DNA from: Magallana gigas
Lineage: Eukaryota
Direction of reading: 5' to 3'
Assembly (NCBI RefSeq): GCF_963853765.1
Contig: NC_088858.1
Span: 6,696,001-6,760,000 of the forward strand
Length of the DNA stretch: 64,000 nucleotides
In this document: positions 57,450 to 64,000 of the stretch, in pieces
Numbering within the stretch: position 1 is the first letter of the stretch
How the letters are laid out: each line of letters starts with the position of its first letter
Notes under the pieces: model-generated
Told to the model about the DNA's origin: nothing
Databases searched by the model: none
Seen by the model: only the letters and a program-made list of their open reading frames with translations
Position numbers and translations under genes: made by a program

Positions 57450-58581
57450 TACGAAAGCCGAATAGGGCCACATAAAAAATATTTTTATCTCGTAATTACG
57501 AGAAAAGATCTCGTTATTACGAGTTAATTATCTCGTTATTACGAGAAAAGATCTCGTTATTACGAGTTAATTATTTCGTTATTACGAGATAATTTTCTCG
57601 TTATTACGAGTTAATTTTCTCGTTATTACGAGAAAAGATCTATATAAAATGGTGCGTTTCTGAAAAGGATTCGACTGGATCACACTTTCAGTCTATCTTT
57701 TTCATGCCAGAAACGTTGATTAAATTTTGAATAAATATTTAAAAATAACAACGATCATTATTCATTAATTTCTACATATCAAAATGATTGGATTTGACAT
57801 TTTATCTGATATTAATAAAAGGAAAGAGCTTCATGTAATTTTTCTATTCAACTTATATATATTATAATCCCACTCCGAAGTAAATACCAGGTAGTCCTAA
57901 AGTCGTAAAAACACAATTTTATTAGTTACAGATAACTTTAATGACTATATAGTTTCAGTCATGGATATGGATATACAGGATTTACCCGAAGATAATTGAT
58001 TTTGTATATTAACATTTTGGAGTCTGAAAACAAATTACACGTATCTTTCTTAATTATTGACAAATAGTTCAATGAATTTATTAATCAATCTGCTTTGCTA
58101 ATATTTCCGAAATTTCTTTAAAACTGCTTGGTCCGATTTTATATCAAATTATGCGTTTTAAACGATGATTATGCAAAGTAAGTGTATATTAATAGACATT
58201 GCAGTAATTCATACACTTTACATAAAAAGAATAGAATAATGAAACGCGCCATTTTAAAAATAGATCTTTTCTCGTAATAACGAGATAATTAACTCGTAAT
58301 AACGAGATCTTTTCTCGTAATTACGAGATAATTAACTCGTAATTACGAGATCTTTTCTCGTAATAACGAGATAATTAACTCGTAATAACGAGATAATTAA
58401 CTCGTAATTACGAGATCTTTTCTCGTAATTACGAGATCTTTTCTCGTCATAACGAGATATTAACTCGTAATAACGAGATATTTTCTCGTAATAACGAGAT
58501 AATTAACTCGTAATAACGAGATCTTTTCTCGTAATTACGAGATAAAAATATTTTTTTAAGTGGCCCTATTCGTCTTTCGTA
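57450..58581. mobile_element. Non-autonomous DNA transposon with long TIRs and palindromic subterminal arrays, IS3EU-like
   Basis: Termini TACGAAAGCCGAATAGGGCCAC / GTGGCCCTATTCGTCTTTCGTA. A 6-bp direct repeat GAGAAA lies at 57444-49 and 58582-87. Arrays of about 21-bp TCTCGT(A/T)ATTACGAG units sit at both ends. TAY..RTA termini with a 6-bp TSD is the IS3EU pattern as recalled. Confidence 0.8.
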
Positions 58582-58587
58582 GAGAAA

Positions 58588-58850
58588 TAACATTATAGTA
58601 ACTTAAATGCTGACCTTTACTCACACCACCTTGTCAGAAGTGCTTTCTTGAAGTGGAAGACTCTAAACATTATTTCTTACACTGTCCATCATATGCCTCC
58701 CAAAGAAAATCTCTATTTGATTATATGAACGACAATTCCATACCAATCACAATTAAGAATCTACTTTTTGGAATTGATAAACTAACATTTCAAAATAACT
58801 TAATAAGTATGCTGTAAACATTTGTTTTTAACAGATTTGAAGATTCTATT
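58588..58850 (+). pseudogene. 3' fragment of a CR1/L2-type LINE ORF2
   Basis: Encodes SNLNADLYSHHL...EDSKHYFLHCPSYASQRKSLF...IKNLLFG, the typical C-terminal region of these LINEs. HCHLRN continues to the left of the TIR element. Confidence 0.65.
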
Positions 58851-61800
58851 CTTCAATGAAATGATAGAATATCAGAATGACTATCAGCTTATAATACTAA
58901 ATTGGAATAAATATTTATACTAAAATTGATATTGCTTAGCACGCATTTGCTCTAATTTTCTTAAATTTTGATTATTTTTTTATGCTTCCAATAATAAAAT
59001 ATTTCTGATTTTTATGTATTATAAAGACACACTTTATATTAAGATAAAAATTGACAGAAAAGCTAATATATTGACCATTTAATAAGAGAGAAAAACTGAT
59101 TTTAGTGATTTTTTTCACAAAAATCAATGTATAGAATTGGCGCTTTAAAAAGCTTATAAAAATGTAATTTGATAGGCAAATCATATATTAAAAAAATGTT
59201 CTGAAACCCAAGTATCATATCATTAATTCACATAAGTAAAAAAAATCCAACATTAATGTTATTGTTTTTAAAATCATAGTGCTAAAATAGACTCATTAAT
59301 CTGCAGCAATTCTGAGTTGCGAAACATTTGATATTTTCCTAAGCCAATATTACGCCAAAAAATAGTCCTTGTTAGATTCTTAGCCATTGATTACTTTTGC
59401 TATGCCAAGTTGTACGATGATAAAAAAGAAAGAAAATATACTATTTTAAATGCGAACTTAAGGAAGAAATATTACAAAAATGAAAAATATGTGTCCATTA
59501 TATATCTCAAAAATTTATGACGGCATGGTATATTGCAGAATTAATGCATTTTCAATTATTTAAATGTATGTTCAGGTACACATGCACGTCGTATTTCATT
59601 CATTCGGAATTCAATTATTTTAGGGCACTAGATGATAGCCCGCGCAAGCGCGGGAATTAACACTTTACACATTATGATATGATGCTTAATATATTGAACC
59701 ATTTTTTGTTGTTCATTTTTCTTTAAACTTTGTCCGATTTTTTCCTATCTTATTCTTTAAAATTGAAATAAAAAACAAACCTCATTGTTGGATATTTTGA
59801 GGAGCGGGCAAGATAATATTATTATTACTCGTACTTGCCTACGTGGCCTTTATTCTGTTTGTTGCAACTGCGTGTAAAAGAAAAAAAACTTTTTTTAAAA
59901 TTGTGTTTATTTCAAACCAGTAATTTGATTTGATTTAAGGAGGGGGTGTAAGTGGTATACCTATAACTCCAAATCTAAGAAACTAAAAATGAAAAAATAA
60001 ATAAATCATGAAATCTCTAATCTAAAGGGTGGGGCTAAATCATGGAATTCCCATTCCGTTGGGGAATGGTATACCCCTAACTGCAGTTTTTAATATATAA
60101 CTCTCTTATATCACTCTTAATTTCGTTATTTTCATTTCAATATCTTACGTGCTACCAAAAATGTGGGGCGGTGGTCAGCTGCGTGATACATGTACTTCAA
60201 TTTCTCATTTGTAGATTTAAGAAAAATATGTTTGCTGCGTGAAAAAAGTGGGGACTGGTCCCTCCCTGATGCTACGTGCCTAAGAGTTATGTCTAACTTT
60301 GCCCCAAAAAATTGTGTCCCCCTCTCCCGGTTCCGATGCCTATGCAATAACTATAGTTTACTGTCTATGAACTACAGTTTACATCTATCGACTCTGAAAC
60401 AATGTTGAACTCATCTTTGTGAATATGGCGCGTGCCATACAGATAAAATTTAGATTAGCATTCGCAAACTATAGTCGATAAAACTAGTTTTCATTTTTTG
60501 TAAACTTGGCGTGCCATACTGTGTAGTTTCAATCGATCAAAAATAATCATAGCAAAGTTAACATTAAAAATGAAAATATATGAACTATGTAAACATTATT
60601 TATGATAGGTTTTGAATTATGATTGATATTCAATACTTGTCGACATTTACAAATGGTATATCAAAATATTTTAAGCAATATAATGATAAAATGTAGTACA
60701 TTCATTCTCATTTATATGACTCCATTTTGAAATATCACTGTCGCTCAAGTTAAGATCGTTTTTTCTTTAAGTAACGGGATTATATTATGTATATTGTTTT
60801 GGAGAAAGTGATTTTGGAAGCTTATATATGTAATTTATAAACAATGAATTGCCTTTAGAAAATGAATTATTATTATTTTTCAGCCGAATTATAGATGTCA
60901 CTGATTTCCATATGTCGCCATATAGGGTAGTGATAATGTTTGTCCATTTTTCAGCTACTGAGGTCGGGAAAGGAAAAAAATAAAAATATAGATTTTTGAT
61001 GTAATAAATATCCAACATTTTAGAGAGTATTTGCCACTCGTCAATATATTTTTAACCAAGGTTTAATAAAACCTGTCGCAATGTTAGCATTAACAAGCGT
61101 TACCAAAACTTACCCTCCAATAGGAACTAAACCAAAAAACGATCTTTTATGAATCAAGTTTTATTTGAATATATCAATTTTATAGGCAATTAAGTATATA
61201 ATCCGTTTTCACTATGTAACATTTGCATTGTTCAAAAACTTGGCATATATCCGATTCTTTTCACTGTCATATGATTAAGGATTAACAAGCGTTACCGCTT
61301 TTTCTCTGCGTAAACAATATACTCTAAATAATTCCATCCTATATACCTTTTAAATAGTTGTATAGCTTCAGTTTTTTGCGATATTCAAACTAAATAAAGC
61401 AATGATATAAAGAAAAACAATGAAATATATGACTTTTTGTTAACAAGCGTTACCTTTAACAAGCGTTACTATCTTTTATTTTTTATATGAATATTACAAA
61501 TCGGGAATATTCAAATATCTAGGCATCCATGACGTAATAGTAAAGTAAAAACCACTAGTAAGAACGAATTTACCACAACAGCAGCATTTTTGAAAGGTCC
61601 CAACATTTGTTTAAGTTTTTATCTTCATGTATACTAGTATATTCGATTATAGATCATATAACATTTATATATACACAAATACATATATTATTGTTTTTTG
61701 ACAGTGTACATATTTGAGTACATGTTCATGTAACGACATCCATTGGAAGCTGTATATATTTTCTTTTCGGTAAAATATGCACTTACTAAGTATTATTTTA

Positions 61801-63325
61801 AAAAATCAATGGTAACGGATGTTATTGAGCTTGGTTATATATAAAGAAGATATAATACAACGCCCGTTGTCGGCTTTATCACTCAAAGATACAATTTCAA
61901 GTTATTTCTTTATCGGCAAAGTGTTTTTCGTTGTTCATACATTGATATGAAAAGACACATTTCAATATTAATCTTGTAATGATTTATAAGCAATTTCTCA
62001 AACATGAATAGTTTATTGAATGAAAAATTTGGTCACGGTGTATGTGAGGATCTATATGTGCGGAAGGGGAGGGGTCCGGATCTCATCTGAAAAACTATAT
62101 TTACATAATCGAAATTAGGACCGGTGTGAATCCCCCCCCCCCCCACCTTCTCAAGCAAACATAGATATTCCTCTGACCCCCGCCCCCTTCGAAAAAAAAA
62201 TAATCGCCTTGTTTGTTTTACATGTAATGAAGACTAATCCATACATGATTGAGATTGAAAATGAAAACGTCATATAAATTAGTTTGTGATATTTGCATTC
62301 ATAATAGTTAATATCTACAAGTATATGTTAATTAAACGTTACCTAATTTAATTAAACATGAATTTCTTATTTTTCTCGATATCAACCGCCAATATCGGGA
62401 AATATAAATCAAGAACAGCTAGGTTGGAAATATATGAAATGAGACTGGAAAAGGAAATTTTATGTTTTGCAATTTGTTTTGTCAATTACCATTATTTGAC
62501 AGATCAATATACTGGGTAATCAGCAATATTGACTGTAAAGGAATACTATGTACCCCCCCCCTCCTCTCTGCCTCCCCCCCCCCCCCGCACCACTGATTAT
62601 TATTTTCTTTGCTTGTCAAGATATTTTGGATGAGATTAAATTACTTATTGAAGAAATACTTATATAAAGGAATGTAGTTTGTGAAGTTTCATTTAACATG
62701 CGTTACTTTATCTTTTCATTTTTCATTTTGTACCAATCTTTGAAATGTTTTTTTTTTTAAATAAAACTGAACAATATCCTTTCATAGATATTTCAGGCAC
62801 ACATAATTTCGCCTTTAAGAGGCAAATACATGTATATATTCCTCACATTAAAGTAACTATCATTAAAAGACTTTCAAATGGGTCTCTGTCGATTTCCATG
62901 CGTGCTGCGCATTCAATTTTTTGGCAGTTTAATGAAAATTGTCCTTGCTTTTCAAGATTAATTTTAGTAATAATTAAACTTCTTTATAATTTGAAATATA
63001 TAGATAATTAGTGAATTTTAAGACGTTTTATTTATTTATTGCTGGAATAAAGCACTGCTTCGATAAGTTTACCATCCGTTACTGTGACTTTACCCCCATG
63101 CAAAGAATCTGAGCTAGATTTGTAAATACATTTATGTGGGAATAATTTTCAGAAGAAATATCATAGATGATGTTCTTTTGGAAAACCAAATTATTAAAAC
63201 ATTCTGGCAGTTTTGATTTTTTTTTAACAATGTAACCAGTGTAATGGAGTAGCAATTCTGAGAATGACTGAGTAATTGCTTGATTTTATTTTTTATTTCA
63301 CAGTGTGTGTCTAATGATTTTTTTT

Positions 63326-63577
<252 letters not shown>

Positions 63578-64000
63578 TAGTGTCAAGAATGTTAAAGGAG
63601 TCTGATAAATGTTTACTTTTTACACCTCAACTTAACGTGCATACGCCCATTACTGCAGATTATGACAAGTTTGTTTCATTTTGATTTGTTAGGTATTTAT
63701 TTGATTAATGATTTAAAACCTGCGTTTATGCACAATGGTTGTAAATAATTATTTTGTTTCAATCATTTTTTCCAGTGCAAACAATGTCAGAATTGTAGAG
63801 GCAAATTTGATTTTTTCAAAAGAAGAAAGGTGTGTATTATTATTTTTTAGAAATATTTTTATAACATTTACTTCTATGTCATTAATAGAATAGTTTTTTT
63901 CATATGTCAAGAAACATAAAGTAATATTATCCGGATGGATAGGTGCTATAATGAAAACACATTTTCATAAAATTAGTTTAGTGTTCATTTGATCAACCTT

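Noticed and set aside
57480-58550. CRISPR-like look of the short palindromic repeats
   Set aside because: There are no unique spacers or cas genes, the context is eukaryotic, and the arrays are subterminal parts of a TIR element.

Overview
AT-rich animal genomic DNA with three N-gaps. The repeat families suggest a bivalve, probably an oyster (inference). Hand-assembling exons from splice sites and reading phases gives these genes. (1) The 3' end of an unidentified helical protein gene (+). (2) An intronless adenosine-receptor-like orphan class A GPCR (+). (3) A 5-exon two-pore K+ channel (-). (4) Aftiphilin/AFTPH (-), with a candidate 12-nt microexon. (5) WDR91 (+), head-to-head with AFTPH. 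(6) A 3-exon CNRIP1 orthologue (-), only one exon of which appears in the ORF track. (7) A kelch-only type I membrane protein (-). (8) A probable terminal exon at the right edge. One AFTPH intron holds an apparently intact, very young Ty3/Gypsy element with 503-bp LTRs, a 4-bp TSD, and a UUUAAAC -1 frameshift site with a candidate pseudoknot. Twelve bp away lies a 399-bp miniature LTR element (TRIM) whose LTRs carry a tRNA-like Pol III promoter, matching the Helenus/TRIMp3 design. Many non-autonomous DNA elements are present, including TTAA-flanked TIR elements that also carry tRNA-like cassettes. All calls come from manual reading; no database search was run.
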